Assembly (NCBI GenBank): GCA_016926955.1
Contig: JAFGNN010000001.1
Location: 29,968-93,967, forward strand
Source of the DNA: Spirochaetales bacterium
Lineage (GTDB): Bacteria > Spirochaetota > Spirochaetia > Treponematales > UBA12059
Reading direction: 5' to 3'
Length of the DNA stretch: 64,000 nucleotides
The translations under genes and the position numbers were made by a program. Shown one piece after another: positions 39,904 to 50,200 of the stretch. Position 1 is the first letter of the stretch, and each line of letters opens with the position of its first letter. The notes beneath the pieces were generated by a model. The model was not told where the DNA came from, made no database searches, and saw only the letters and a program-made list of their open reading frames with translations.

Positions 39904-40881
39904 ATGAACACCGATTTCCACTACTACGCCGTGCGCGCCCTGGCCGAGGCCGCGGGCAGGCCCGACGCGGAGCTGATCGCCTGGGCCAGCGCGTGGGTCG
40001 ACCGCGCCATCCATCCGTACCGCGTGCTCGAGGACGGTCGCGCCCGGGACTGCCCGGCGACGCAGAACTACGTGTTCTGGGACGAGCGCACCCGCGACGA
40101 GGTCTACCTGCCCTTCCATTTCGTGCCGGGCGACGCGGAAGCGGCCGCGCGCCTCCGTCGCGACGGGGCGCGGAACGGGTGGGCCGTGACACCGAACGGG
40201 GAACGCGCGAAGGAACTCATGGTCGCGGCCATGAAATCCGGGGACTCCTGCCGCATCGGCATCGCGGCGCACGCCTTCGCCGACACCTGGGCGCACCAGA
40301 ACTTCACGGCGCGGAACGAGGCCTTCAACGCCCTCGACCCGGCCTCGCGGCTGCCGGCCGCCGGCCACCTGCAAGCGCTGACCAGGCCCGACGACCCGGG
40401 CGGACTCTGGCGCGACGGGCGGCTCCTGCCCGAGGTTTCGGCGATCGACAACGCGGCCCGCTGGACGGAGGCGGCGAAGAAGCTCTACCGCTATTTCTGC
40501 GTCTCCATGAAGCGCCCCTTCGACGACGAGGACTTCCTTCTCGAACGGATCGAGCGCGTGTTCCGCAGCCCGGGCGGCAAGGGCGAGCGGCGCGCGGACT
40601 GGACCATAGAGTTCGATCTCGAGCCCTTCGACGCCAAAGCGCGGCTCTCGGCCGCGGGGCTGCTCGACGAAACCGCCATGGACGAGCCCTTCCGCGGCTA
40701 CGACAAGCTGCTCTGGCTCAAGGCGGAGGCGGGACGGCGACTCGGGGGCGGAGAAGCCCTTCGCGAAGTGCGCGCGGACGGGCGCTTCGCGGGAAGCGAT
40801 CTGGCGCGCTTCTACGAGGCGGCGGAGGAACACCGCGCGCTGGCCCGGAAGCTGTGCGCGGACCTGCGGGATCGGGGATGA
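39904..40881 (+). CDS. DUF6765-like protein (His-rich, possible zinc hydrolase)
   Basis: MNTDFHYY, PFHFVPG, HAFADTWAHQNF, GHLQA. Confidence 0.7.
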   Translation: MNTDFHYYAVRALAEAAGRPDAELIAWASAWVDRAIHPYRVLEDGRARDCPATQNYVFWDERTRDEVYLPFHFVPGDAEAAARLRRDGARNGWAVTPNGERAKELMVAAMKSGDSCRIGIAAHAFADTWAHQNFTARNEAFNALDPASRLPAAGHLQALTRPDDPGGLWRDGRLLPEVSAIDNAARWTEAAKKLYRYFCVSMKRPFDDEDFLLERIERVFRSPGGKGERRADWTIEFDLEPFDAKARLSAAGLLDETAMDEPFRGYDKLLWLKAEAGRRLGGGEALREVRADGRFAGSDLARFYEAAEEHRALARKLCADLRDRG

Positions 40882-41014
40882 CGGGCGGAAGGGAAAGGCG
40901 CGCCCCGTCAAGCCTGCGCCCGAGCCGGGTTTTTCCGGCGACGCTTGACTCGCGGACGATCGGACCCGACCATGGTAGGCGGATCCGGCTCGGGATGGTC
41001 ATCGGGAGGTTCAC

Positions 41015-41656
41015 ATGGGTTCGTTGATCGCGCGGCTGTTCGCCCTCTTCGCCTTCAAGTCGCGCAGGAACCTCATCATGGCGATGGGCGTCACGGGCCT
41101 CATCCTCGCGGCGCCCGCCCTGCTCGGCCCCACGCTCCGCGATCTCGGGCTCGGAAGGCGCGCGCGGCTCGTGGGCGACATCGCGGCGATAGACCGCGCC
41201 AAGCTCAAGGAGCCCCTGCTCCGCGAGAGCTTCGACGCCCTGCTCGAGGATTTCGCCGCGACAGCGGCCGAGCCGGAAGCGCCCGTCGCGGCCAAGCCCC
41301 CAGCGCCGAAGCCGGCCGCCCCGAAGCCGGCCGCCGGCGCGGAGGCAGCGGAAGAAGCCGGCCCGTCCTTCATGGCGCGGCTCTTCGGGGACGGCACTGC
41401 CTGGACCTTCCTGGCCGGCTCGGGCCTCTGGATATTGCTCGGCCTCTCCGCGCTCTTCGCGCCCGGCGTCAAGATCGGCGGCAAGCTCGGCGTCCTGGCC
41501 CTCTTCCTGGTCCTCGGCGCGAGCTGCGGCATCGTCGCGGGCCGAATCAGGACGACCTTGCCCGTCACGGCTTTCGCCGCGCTCGTCGTCTTCGCGGAGG
41601 CGGCGATCCTGAGCTTCCTCGGCACCATGACGGGCGAGCTCGGGGCGCGGAAGTAG
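41015..41656 (+). CDS. Hypothetical membrane protein
   Basis: RBS GGGAGG; about four hydrophobic segments with Pro/Ala/Lys linker. Confidence 0.7.
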   Translation: MGSLIARLFALFAFKSRRNLIMAMGVTGLILAAPALLGPTLRDLGLGRRARLVGDIAAIDRAKLKEPLLRESFDALLEDFAATAAEPEAPVAAKPPAPKPAAPKPAAGAEAAEEAGPSFMARLFGDGTAWTFLAGSGLWILLGLSALFAPGVKIGGKLGVLALFLVLGASCGIVAGRIRTTLPVTAFAALVVFAEAAILSFLGTMTGELGARK

Positions 41657-41710
41657 GCGGAAGCGCCCTCGGCTTCCGTGCTATCCTCCCTTCGACGGAG
41701 GGAGAGGCGC

Positions 41711-42655
41711 ATGGATGGACGGCTGGGAGGGAAAGGAATCCGGGGCTCCGGCAGGCGGGGGCCGACGCCCGGACGGAACGCGCGGCGGAAAGCTGGCCCG
41801 GCCCTGGCGATCCTGGCCCTGTCGCTCTCGGCCTGCGCGCCCCGCCTCCGCTACGTCGCCGACGTCGATCCCCTGGGCTTCCTCGCGCCCGACCTTCGAT
41901 ACTACCTGAGTTCGTCACGCGCCGAGACGCTCGCTCTGGCCGAGCTCTTCCCGGCCTCCGGGCAGCGCGGAATCGCCCTCGAGGCCGCGGGGCGCGTCGA
42001 TCGCCTGGCGCTCGGCGCCGGCGAGGACGGACGCTTCGAGGCCGCCGCGTTCGGGAGCTTCCCGGCCGGCAGGGCCAACGCGCTCCTGGCAGCGGACCCG
42101 GGCTGGAAGCGCGAAGGCGACGGCTGGATCGAGGAGGGGGGGGACTTGCGCGTGGCCTTCGCCGACAAGCGCCTGGCCCTCGTCTCGAACCGCCCGCTTG
42201 GCCTGATGACGCCGCGCCTTCTCGAACCCGGCCCTTCCCCCTTGCCCGCCGCCGCGTCCGACCTGGCCGGCGGGGACCTCCTGGTCATGGTCCCTGACGC
42301 CTACGGGATCCTTTCCGGCCTGGCCGGCGCGGAGGACGGGACCTCGTCCGCCCGCTTCACGCTCGCGGCTGCGTGGTACCCCGACGGCGCCGGTTCGCGC
42401 GAAACACGCGCCGCCTTCGTCTTCCCCGACGAGCGGAGCGCGCGCGTGTACGAGTCCGTGGCTCGCCTCGCGCTCTACGGCGCCGTCCGCGCGCTTTTCG
42501 ACACGGACTCAGGCGACTCCCTGCTCGGAGGCGCGTCCTGGTCCAGGGAGGGCGCGCTCGTCCGGGTCCGCCTGCCGCCCGTCGAAGCCGGACCATGGAA
42601 CGAGGCGCTCGGACGCCTGGCCGCGGGCGTGCGGCGATCGTCCTCCGACCGATGA
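41711..42655 (+). CDS. Hypothetical lipoprotein
   Basis: RBS GGAGAGG; LALSLSA-C lipobox. Confidence 0.6.
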   Translation: MDGRLGGKGIRGSGRRGPTPGRNARRKAGPALAILALSLSACAPRLRYVADVDPLGFLAPDLRYYLSSSRAETLALAELFPASGQRGIALEAAGRVDRLALGAGEDGRFEAAAFGSFPAGRANALLAADPGWKREGDGWIEEGGDLRVAFADKRLALVSNRPLGLMTPRLLEPGPSPLPAAASDLAGGDLLVMVPDAYGILSGLAGAEDGTSSARFTLAAAWYPDGAGSRETRAAFVFPDERSARVYESVARLALYGAVRALFDTDSGDSLLGGASWSREGALVRVRLPPVEAGPWNEALGRLAAGVRRSSSDR

Positions 42656-42732
42656 GCCATTCCTGCCCGGTTCGATCGGATTTGCGCCGCCCCGGGCTAT
42701 CGGCTAGAGTTTGCACGGAGGGTACGCGGGCG

Positions 42733-44727
42733 ATGCGCAAGACGGTATGGACGGCCCTGGCGGTTTTCGTGGTCGTGCTCATCCTGGCCGCGTGGCTCAT
42801 GTTCGACGCGTACGGAGTGACGCGCGACGAGGGCATCGCCCGCCTGCGCTTCCAGGCCCGCGTGCTGGCCGAACAGGCCGCCAACGGGATCGACGAGTAC
42901 TTCGAATACTACTACCGCACCCTCCACTTCCTCGCGGCCCTGCCGGAGATCCGCGACATGGACGCGAACGGCGAAACGACGCTCCGGGCTTTCCACGAGG
43001 AGCAGCGGGGAAACGTCCGCGCCGTGACCCGGATAGCCGCCGACGGCACCATCGCCTGGTCCTGGCCCGACGACTCCGTACGCGGCCGCGACATATCGCA
43101 GCAGGAGCACAACGCGAGGTTCCTCTCCTCGAGGGAAGCCACCCTGAGCCGGGTTTTCATGGCCGTCCAGGGCTACCTGGCCGTCTCGCTCGTCGTGCCG
43201 GTGTGGAACGAGGGCGCGTTCGCGGGCGGCCTGGCCATCCTGGTTCCCTTCGAGGAGATATCGAGGCGCTACGTTTCCCGAATCCGGATCGGCGAGACAG
43301 GCTACGCCGTCCTTCTCGACTCCGACGGCACCGAGCTCTACTGCCCGGTGCCGGGGCACGCGGGCAGGAACGTCAGGGAGACCAGCGCCGACTCGCCGAC
43401 CATGCTCGCCCTCGCCGAGCTGATGGGACGGGGCGGTTCCGGCGACGGGGAGTACCTGTACGCCGCGGTCGGCGAGACGGTGGGTCCGCCCGTGCGCAAG
43501 GTGGCGCGCTACCAGTCGGTGCCGCTCGTCGATTCGTTCTGGACCATCATGGTCACCGTACCCGAGAGCGAGGCCTACGGCTTCATCGCGGGGTTCCGCA
43601 ACCGATGGCTCCAGCTGGCCTTCATCATAGTCGCGGGCAGCCTGGCCTGGTCCGTGATCCTCCTCCGGACTCTCGCGCGCAACCAGAGCGTCAACCGGGC
43701 GCTCACGGACGCCAACGCCTCGCTCGAGACCGTGGTGAGGGAACTCGGCGACGCCCAGGAGCGGCTCGTGCTCCAGGAGAAGCTCGCCGCGCTCGGGCAG
43801 GTGGCGGCGGGCATCGGCCACCAGGTCAATTCGCCGCTCGGCGCCATCGTGTCCGCTTCGGGCAACATACTCGGCGTCGCCGGCAGGGACATCTCTCCGG
43901 CGCTGAAGGCCTACGCCGCCCTCGATGCCGAAAGCCGGATCCCGTTCGACGCCCTGCTCGAACGCGCCTTCGAGAAAGCCGACTCGGGCGAGGGCGAGCG
44001 GCAGGGAGCGCCGCGCCAGGAACGGCTCGAAGCCGCCCGCGAGCTCGAAAGCTCCGGCGTGTCCGACGCGCGCTCCATTGCGGACGACCTGGCGGACATG
44101 GGCCTGCTGGAGGAGCGCGGACGCTTCGCGGCCCTGCTCGCGCGCCCCGAGGCCCCGGCCCTTGTCAGCGAGGCGCAGCGCCTTTCCAGCCTGGTCACGT
44201 CGGCCCGCATCATCCGGCAGGCGGCCGAACGGGCGGGCGCGGTGGTGGGCGCGCTCAGGACCTACGCCCGCGCCGAGCGATCGCGCGAGGCGACCGTCAT
44301 CGAGGTCAGCGCAGAGCTCGAGATGGCCCTCACCCTTTACGTCGGTCCCTCGAAGCCCGGCATCGTGGTGACGCGACGCTACGACGAGCGCTGCCACGTG
44401 CGCGCGGTCCCCGACCAGCTGGTCCAGGTCTGGACCAACCTCGTCATCAACGGCGTGCAGGCGATGGAAGGCAAGGGCTCGCTCGAGATAGGCGCGCGCC
44501 GGAGCGGGGACCGGGTGATCGTGGAGATCGCCGATTCGGGACCGGGCATCCCGGAGGAAGCGCGCGCACGGATCTTCGAGCCCTTTTTCACGACCAAGCC
44601 GCCGGGCGAGGGTTCGGGCCTCGGGCTCGACATAGCCCGGCGCATCGTCGAATCGCTCGGGGGGACGATAGGATTCGAGTCGCGGCCGGGCCGCACCGTC
44701 TTCCGCGTGGAACTGCCCGCGGCCTGA
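42733..44727 (+). CDS. Sensor histidine kinase with Cache-type periplasmic domain
   Basis: Two TMs; GIGHQVNSPL H-box, QVWTNLVING, DSGPGI, FEPFFTTK, GSGLGL. Confidence 0.9.
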   Translation: MRKTVWTALAVFVVVLILAAWLMFDAYGVTRDEGIARLRFQARVLAEQAANGIDEYFEYYYRTLHFLAALPEIRDMDANGETTLRAFHEEQRGNVRAVTRIAADGTIAWSWPDDSVRGRDISQQEHNARFLSSREATLSRVFMAVQGYLAVSLVVPVWNEGAFAGGLAILVPFEEISRRYVSRIRIGETGYAVLLDSDGTELYCPVPGHAGRNVRETSADSPTMLALAELMGRGGSGDGEYLYAAVGETVGPPVRKVARYQSVPLVDSFWTIMVTVPESEAYGFIAGFRNRWLQLAFIIVAGSLAWSVILLRTLARNQSVNRALTDANASLETVVRELGDAQERLVLQEKLAALGQVAAGIGHQVNSPLGAIVSASGNILGVAGRDISPALKAYAALDAESRIPFDALLERAFEKADSGEGERQGAPRQERLEAARELESSGVSDARSIADDLADMGLLEERGRFAALLARPEAPALVSEAQRLSSLVTSARIIRQAAERAGAVVGALRTYARAERSREATVIEVSAELEMALTLYVGPSKPGIVVTRRYDERCHVRAVPDQLVQVWTNLVINGVQAMEGKGSLEIGARRSGDRVIVEIADSGPGIPEEARARIFEPFFTTKPPGEGSGLGLDIARRIVESLGGTIGFESRPGRTVFRVELPAA

Positions 44728-44739
44728 GCGCCTGCCCGG

Positions 44740-47238
44740 TCAGTCCCTCGCGTCCAGCACCGTGAAACGGAGCTCAGCGCGCCTTCCCTCCTCATCCACG
44801 ACGGCGAGCACGCGGACGCCGGGGGCCGGGCGCGCGTCGACACGGTGCTCGCCACGGGTCTCTCCCAGATACTCCCCGTCGAGATGCCAGAAGAGGCGGG
44901 CGTCGGGATCGCGATGCACCGCGGAGAAGACCGCCCGGCCCGGAGAACCGTCGAGCTCGACGGGGACGATGAGCGCCGAGCCGCCGTCAGGCACCACGAT
45001 CTCGAGCGGCGAGTCGTCCTCCGAGCCGCAACCCGGCAGCCAGGGCGGCAGGGGGCGGTAATCGAGCCTCGAACGTCGATACCACCACTCCATCGCCGCG
45101 GGCAGAACGAAGCGCTTCTCGGTCCGGATCGCGGCTTCGCTCACGCAGTCGGCAGAAACGCGGTGGAGTCCGTCGAGGCTCAGGTGCACGAGGCGGCAGA
45201 AGGGGCAGGCGTCCGCCTGGGGCGCGTCGACGGGCACCTGGACCGTCCTCACGGAAGGACAATCGGGCCCTGCGGGGTATCCTGAATCGGCGCAGACTTC
45301 CAGGGGCCGGAACGCGTCGGGGCCGGGTTCGAAGCCTCCGCCGCGGGGCAGGAATCCGAAGACCTCGAACATGAGCGGCGCGGCGGCAAGCCCGCCCGTG
45401 AGCCCCGCGCGCCCTTCCCCGGTGGCGATGCCGGCCCACACCGCCACGACGTGGTCGCCGTCGGTGCCGATCGCCCAGCCGTCGCGCCAACCCTGGCTGG
45501 TGCCGGTCTTCCAGGCTATGCGCCGGGCGCTCGCGAAGCCGCGCCAGCCGATCTCCTCGCTCGGGCGCTCCGCGTCCGCGAGGGCGCGGAGGGTGAGGGC
45601 GGCAGCTCCGGCGGAGAAGGGGTAGCGAGGCGCGTCGGACGCCGCCGTCTCGGGCCGCGGCCGCCACGAGACGCCGAGCACGGCGGCAGGTCCACCCTTC
45701 GCGGCACGGGCCAGGTCCGCGAAGGCGCCCGCCGCCTCGGCCAGGGTGATCTCGGCGCCGCCTATGACCAGGGACAGCCCGTAATCCTCCGCCTTGCGGA
45801 AGAGCTGCCCGAAGCCCAGGGCGCGGAGCAGGGCGTGGAAGCGGTCGACGCCGTAGGAGCGCAGGAGCCTGACGAAGGGCACGTTGAGCGAGCGGGACAG
45901 GGCCTCGTCCGCGGCCACGGCGCCCTCGAAGCGCTTGTCGTAGTTTTCCGGGCTGAACGAACCCACTCGGGTCGGAATGTCCGGCACGAGGGTCTGCGGC
46001 GCGAGCTCGCCTGAGTCGAGCATGGCGGCATAGAGGAAGGGCTTCAGGATGGACCCGGAGCTGCGGGGGGCGGAGGCGCAGTCGACCTGGCCGGTGAAGG
46101 CCTCGACCGCGGGCGTGGGCGCGTTGCCGACCCAGGCCAGCACCGCCCCGTCATCCACCCGCGCCACGATGAGCGCGTAGTTGTCCGCGTTGCGGGACTG
46201 CGCGGCGTAACGTCGCGCGAGTTCGAGGAGCCGTCGCTGCAAGGACGCGTCGAGGGTGCTCGGCTGCTCGGCCCCGCCCGAGGCTGACGCCGCCGCGAGC
46301 AGCCAGGGAGCCAGAGCCGGCAGGCTCTCGGGTTCCGAGGGCAACGGCTCGCCGAGCGAGAAGGGAAGCTCGTCCGTGCGGAGCTCGCCGTGCGCTGCCA
46401 GCGTTTCGAGAAGGCGGTCGCGCTTCGCGGCGAGGCGCCCGCGGTCGCCCGAGGGGTGCACGAGGCCGGGCTCGTTGGGCAGCACGGCCAGGGTCGCGGC
46501 CTCGGCCCAGGTCAGCTCTCCGGGCGGTCGGCCGAACCAGCGGAAACTGGCCGCCTCGAGACCCACCACGTTGCCGCCGAAGGGCGCGTGGGCGGCCCAG
46601 AGCGCGAGCACCTCGTCCTTGGAGCTGACGAGCTCGAGGCGGACCGAGAGGACCAGTTCGACGAGCTTGGTGGCAAGGGTGCGCGCGGGCGGATCTTCCG
46701 GGCGAGCGGCCGCGCGGGCGAGGCGGACCACCTGCATGGAGATCGTGGATCCGCCGGAACGCACCTCGCCCGCGCGCGCGTTGTCGCGGAAGGCGCGGAG
46801 TATGGCACGCGGATCGAAACCGGCGTGGGCGCGGAAGCGGCGGTCCTCCCAGGTCTCGGCCGCTCGGGCGAAACGCTCCGGCACGGTCTCCGAGGGCGGG
46901 AAGCGCCACTGGCCATCGGCGGCGGTCGAGGCGCCGAGCAGCTCGCCGGGCGTTCCGGCGGCTGACGGCGCCGCGCGCAGCTCGGTCGACCATGCGCCGT
47001 CGAAACGGACGGCGGGCAAGGCCAGGAAGGCCGACGCGAAAAGCAGGGCGCCGAGGGCGGGCGGCGACCTGCGCGCGTCGGAGAGGAAGGCGGCTGCGCG
47101 TCTGGCGAGCGCGGGAGCGCTCGGACGGAAGCGGGAGAGCGCGGCACGGAGCCTGGCCCGCGCGCCGCGCCCCCCGGGATCGGAGCGGCGCGCGGCCCCG
47201 TCCGCCGCGCGCCACCTTCCGCCGCCCGCGTTCCCCAC
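44740..47238 (-). CDS. pbpC: Penicillin-binding protein 1C
   Basis: EDRRF, GGSTISMQ, SILK, SLN, KTGTS; C-terminal FWHLDG region; GTG start overlapping A2M stop. Confidence 0.9.
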   Translation of the reverse strand: MGNAGGGRWRAADGAARRSDPGGRGARARLRAALSRFRPSAPALARRAAAFLSDARRSPPALGALLFASAFLALPAVRFDGAWSTELRAAPSAAGTPGELLGASTAADGQWRFPPSETVPERFARAAETWEDRRFRAHAGFDPRAILRAFRDNARAGEVRSGGSTISMQVVRLARAAARPEDPPARTLATKLVELVLSVRLELVSSKDEVLALWAAHAPFGGNVVGLEAASFRWFGRPPGELTWAEAATLAVLPNEPGLVHPSGDRGRLAAKRDRLLETLAAHGELRTDELPFSLGEPLPSEPESLPALAPWLLAAASASGGAEQPSTLDASLQRRLLELARRYAAQSRNADNYALIVARVDDGAVLAWVGNAPTPAVEAFTGQVDCASAPRSSGSILKPFLYAAMLDSGELAPQTLVPDIPTRVGSFSPENYDKRFEGAVAADEALSRSLNVPFVRLLRSYGVDRFHALLRALGFGQLFRKAEDYGLSLVIGGAEITLAEAAGAFADLARAAKGGPAAVLGVSWRPRPETAASDAPRYPFSAGAAALTLRALADAERPSEEIGWRGFASARRIAWKTGTSQGWRDGWAIGTDGDHVVAVWAGIATGEGRAGLTGGLAAAPLMFEVFGFLPRGGGFEPGPDAFRPLEVCADSGYPAGPDCPSVRTVQVPVDAPQADACPFCRLVHLSLDGLHRVSADCVSEAAIRTEKRFVLPAAMEWWYRRSRLDYRPLPPWLPGCGSEDDSPLEIVVPDGGSALIVPVELDGSPGRAVFSAVHRDPDARLFWHLDGEYLGETRGEHRVDARPAPGVRVLAVVDEEGRRAELRFTVLDARD

Positions 47239-50200
47239 TAGGGCGTGGGCCGGCTCGAGGCAGGCTTGACCGGCCCCGAGGATGCCGGAGCGACGCGGCT
47301 GCCCGTCACGGGACCGACCGTGCCGCCCGGCGCCACCGCGTTGATGCTGCCGTCGTACATGAGCTCGACCGTCGTCGCGGGCATCGCGAAGCTGCCGTCG
47401 TAGGCCCTGGTAACGCGCAGGCTGAAGGTCCGGGACTCCCCTCTGGCCAGATCGAAGTACCACATCGAGCGGTCGTCACGGATGTCCTGGTAACGATAGA
47501 CCGGCTTCGGCGAGTCGGACGCGTCGGCGAGCCGCTCGTTGACGATCTCGAAGCCCGCAGGGATGCGGAGCGTCAGGGCGACGTCGGACAGGGCCTTGAA
47601 AGTCAGGTTTCCCACGCGCGCGGTGAGCGTCGCGTCGTCGCCGAGCCGGAGCGTCTCGGGTTCGATGCGCGTCCCCGAAGCGTCGCGCCACGCCACCTCG
47701 AGAGAGAGGCCGTTCGAGGTGGCGCCCTCCTTGCCGGGCTCCGGCTCGCCGCGCGCGACGGCGCGGACCCAGACGGCGCCCTTCCCTTCATTCACCACCT
47801 TGAGCGCGCCGCCCGTGGCGGCTGATACCGGCACGACGAGCTGGCGCACTCCCTTCTCGAGCGCTACCGTGGTTTCCGCGCCACCCGCGAACGAGACGCG
47901 CACCCGCGAGCTGCCGCCCTCTGCGGCTTCCTTGATCCAGGGCAGCACGGCGATGAGGGCGAAGGCGGTCTCCTGGGTGGAAAGCCAGCTGTCGGAGGCC
48001 ATGCGGTCGGCCATGGATTCGAAAAGCGGTTTGCCGCGGGCCGAGTCGCCGAGCGCGTTGAGCGCGTCGAGGATGAGGGCGTCGTCGCGGAAAGCGGAAC
48101 CCCAGGAGCCGCTCCCTTCCAGGTCGGTCCGCGTGGCCAGCAAGCCGCGCGTCATCGAAGCGGCCGCGTCCTTGCGGCCGGCCAAAGCCCAGGCCGCCGC
48201 AAGGCGCCAGGCCGCCTGGGTCGGAAGCACCCGACCCTCGCGCAGGCGGTTCATGGAGGCGAGGTCGGGCTTGCCCGCGAGCGCGAGCACGTAGAGCCGG
48301 TAGGCCTGCACGAGGGCGGAACCGGGTTCGCCCGAATTCCAGAGCGCAGCGTCCCGGGCGAGGTAATCGAGGAGCCGCGTCTCCATGTCGGCGGGCACGC
48401 TCCAGCCCGCGCGCCGCGCGGACACGAGGAAGTGGCCGACATAGCTCGAGAGCCAGTCGTGCTCGACCCCCTCGCCCGGCCAGAAGGAGAAGCCGCCGCG
48501 AGAAGTCTGGAAGCCTTTGAGCGTCTCGATGGCGGCCGCCACGTTCTCGCGTACTTGCGCGAGCCGTTCCGCGTCCATTTCCACGGCCTCGGGCAGGAAC
48601 ACCTGCGGGAACGCTTTCGAGGTGGTCTGCTCCGCGCAACCGTGCGGATACCCGACGAGGTAGGCGAGCCTGCCCGTGAGGTCCACAGGCCGCGCGCGCG
48701 AAAGTTCGACCGTGAGCGAATTGGAGCCCGGCACGCCGGGGAAGTCCAGTTTCTCGGTTTTGGTCGTCCCCCCGTCCAGCTTGAAGGAACGATCCACGGT
48801 TACGGTGGTCGAGGCCGAGCGCACCGGCAGCTCGATGACGTGCTCCGAGCGGAAGCCGCCGCCCTCGGCCGTCAGCACGATCCTGCCCCAGCCGACCGAG
48901 CCTCCGGTCTTGACGGCGAACGCGGCCGAGTACTCGCCGTCGCGCGGCGCGTCCACGGTGACGGTCGATGGTCCGTCGATGGCCACCGCGCCTTCGGCCC
49001 GAGCGCGCACGGTCACGCGCATGGCGCGGCCCGAGCCGGCGAAGAGCGTGGCCGGCAGCTTCGCGCTCTCGTTGACCGAGAGGAAGCGCGGCGCCGTGCC
49101 GAAGACCATGAGCTCGCTGGACACGGTGGCGGTCCGCTCCGACGCGCCGTAGGCGCCCGCGGGAGTGCCGGCCGTCACCATGTAGCGTACCGCGCCGATG
49201 TAGGAGCCGAGCTCGAGCTCGTGCGTGGCGCTCGCGCCCGCGGCCAGCCTGAAGGGTCCGTAATAGCGGACCACCGCCGGGAAGCGCTCGGGCTTGCGCC
49301 CTTCCTTCCCGTCGAACCCGTCGCCGCCGCCGATGGCCAGCAGGGTCTCGAGCTTGCCCGGGTAGGCGCCGGCCACGTAGCGGTACATGTCGAAGGTCGA
49401 AAGCAGGGACGCTTCCTTCCGGTAAAATTCCGCGCGCGGATCTCCCACGCGGTGGCGCGTCAGGCCGAGCAGGCCCTCGTCGACCACGGCCACCGTATAG
49501 GTCATGGCCTTGCCCGAGGCTTCCTTGACGGTGAACGCGCTCTTCTCGTTGGGCCTGAGCTTCTCCGGCGCCAGCACCACGGGCTGAAGGACCGTCGCCG
49601 GATCCTCCACCAGGACGGGCACGATGCCGTAGAGGCGTATGGGCAGCGAGTTGGCCGTCTGGCCGTACTCCTGCACGAACATGACGTGGACGTAGACGTT
49701 GGGCGCCATGCCCGGTTCCAGCTTGAAGCGGAAGCGGGTAGTCTCGGCCCCGCCGGCGATCCATTCCTCGCGCAGCACGCGGCCGGACTTCTCGACCGCG
49801 ACCAGGGCCCGGCCCTTGGCGTTCGAGGGGAAGGTGACCGAGACTTCCTCGCCCACCTTGTACGAAGCCTTGTCGGTGGCCAGCACGAGCATCTCGGCCG
49901 AGCCGCCGGCCTCGTCGCGGGCGCGCCCGGCCCAGCCGGGCCAGTCTATGTAGACCACCTGGCCGGTCGAATGGCCGCCGGAGCGGTCCTCGACGCGCAC
50001 GAGATAGCGCCCCCACTCGGGATACTTGAGCTTGAAGGTCCAGCGGCCCTTCCCGTCGACGATGTCGACCTTCCCTGACAGCAGCCTGCGGGTCGAGGAA
50101 TCGCGGGCGTACTCGGCGAGGCTCTCCTCGCCCTTCTCCCACCACCAGCGCCAACGGATCTCGTGGAGCGAGACCTCCACCGTCGCTTTCGGCACGGGCT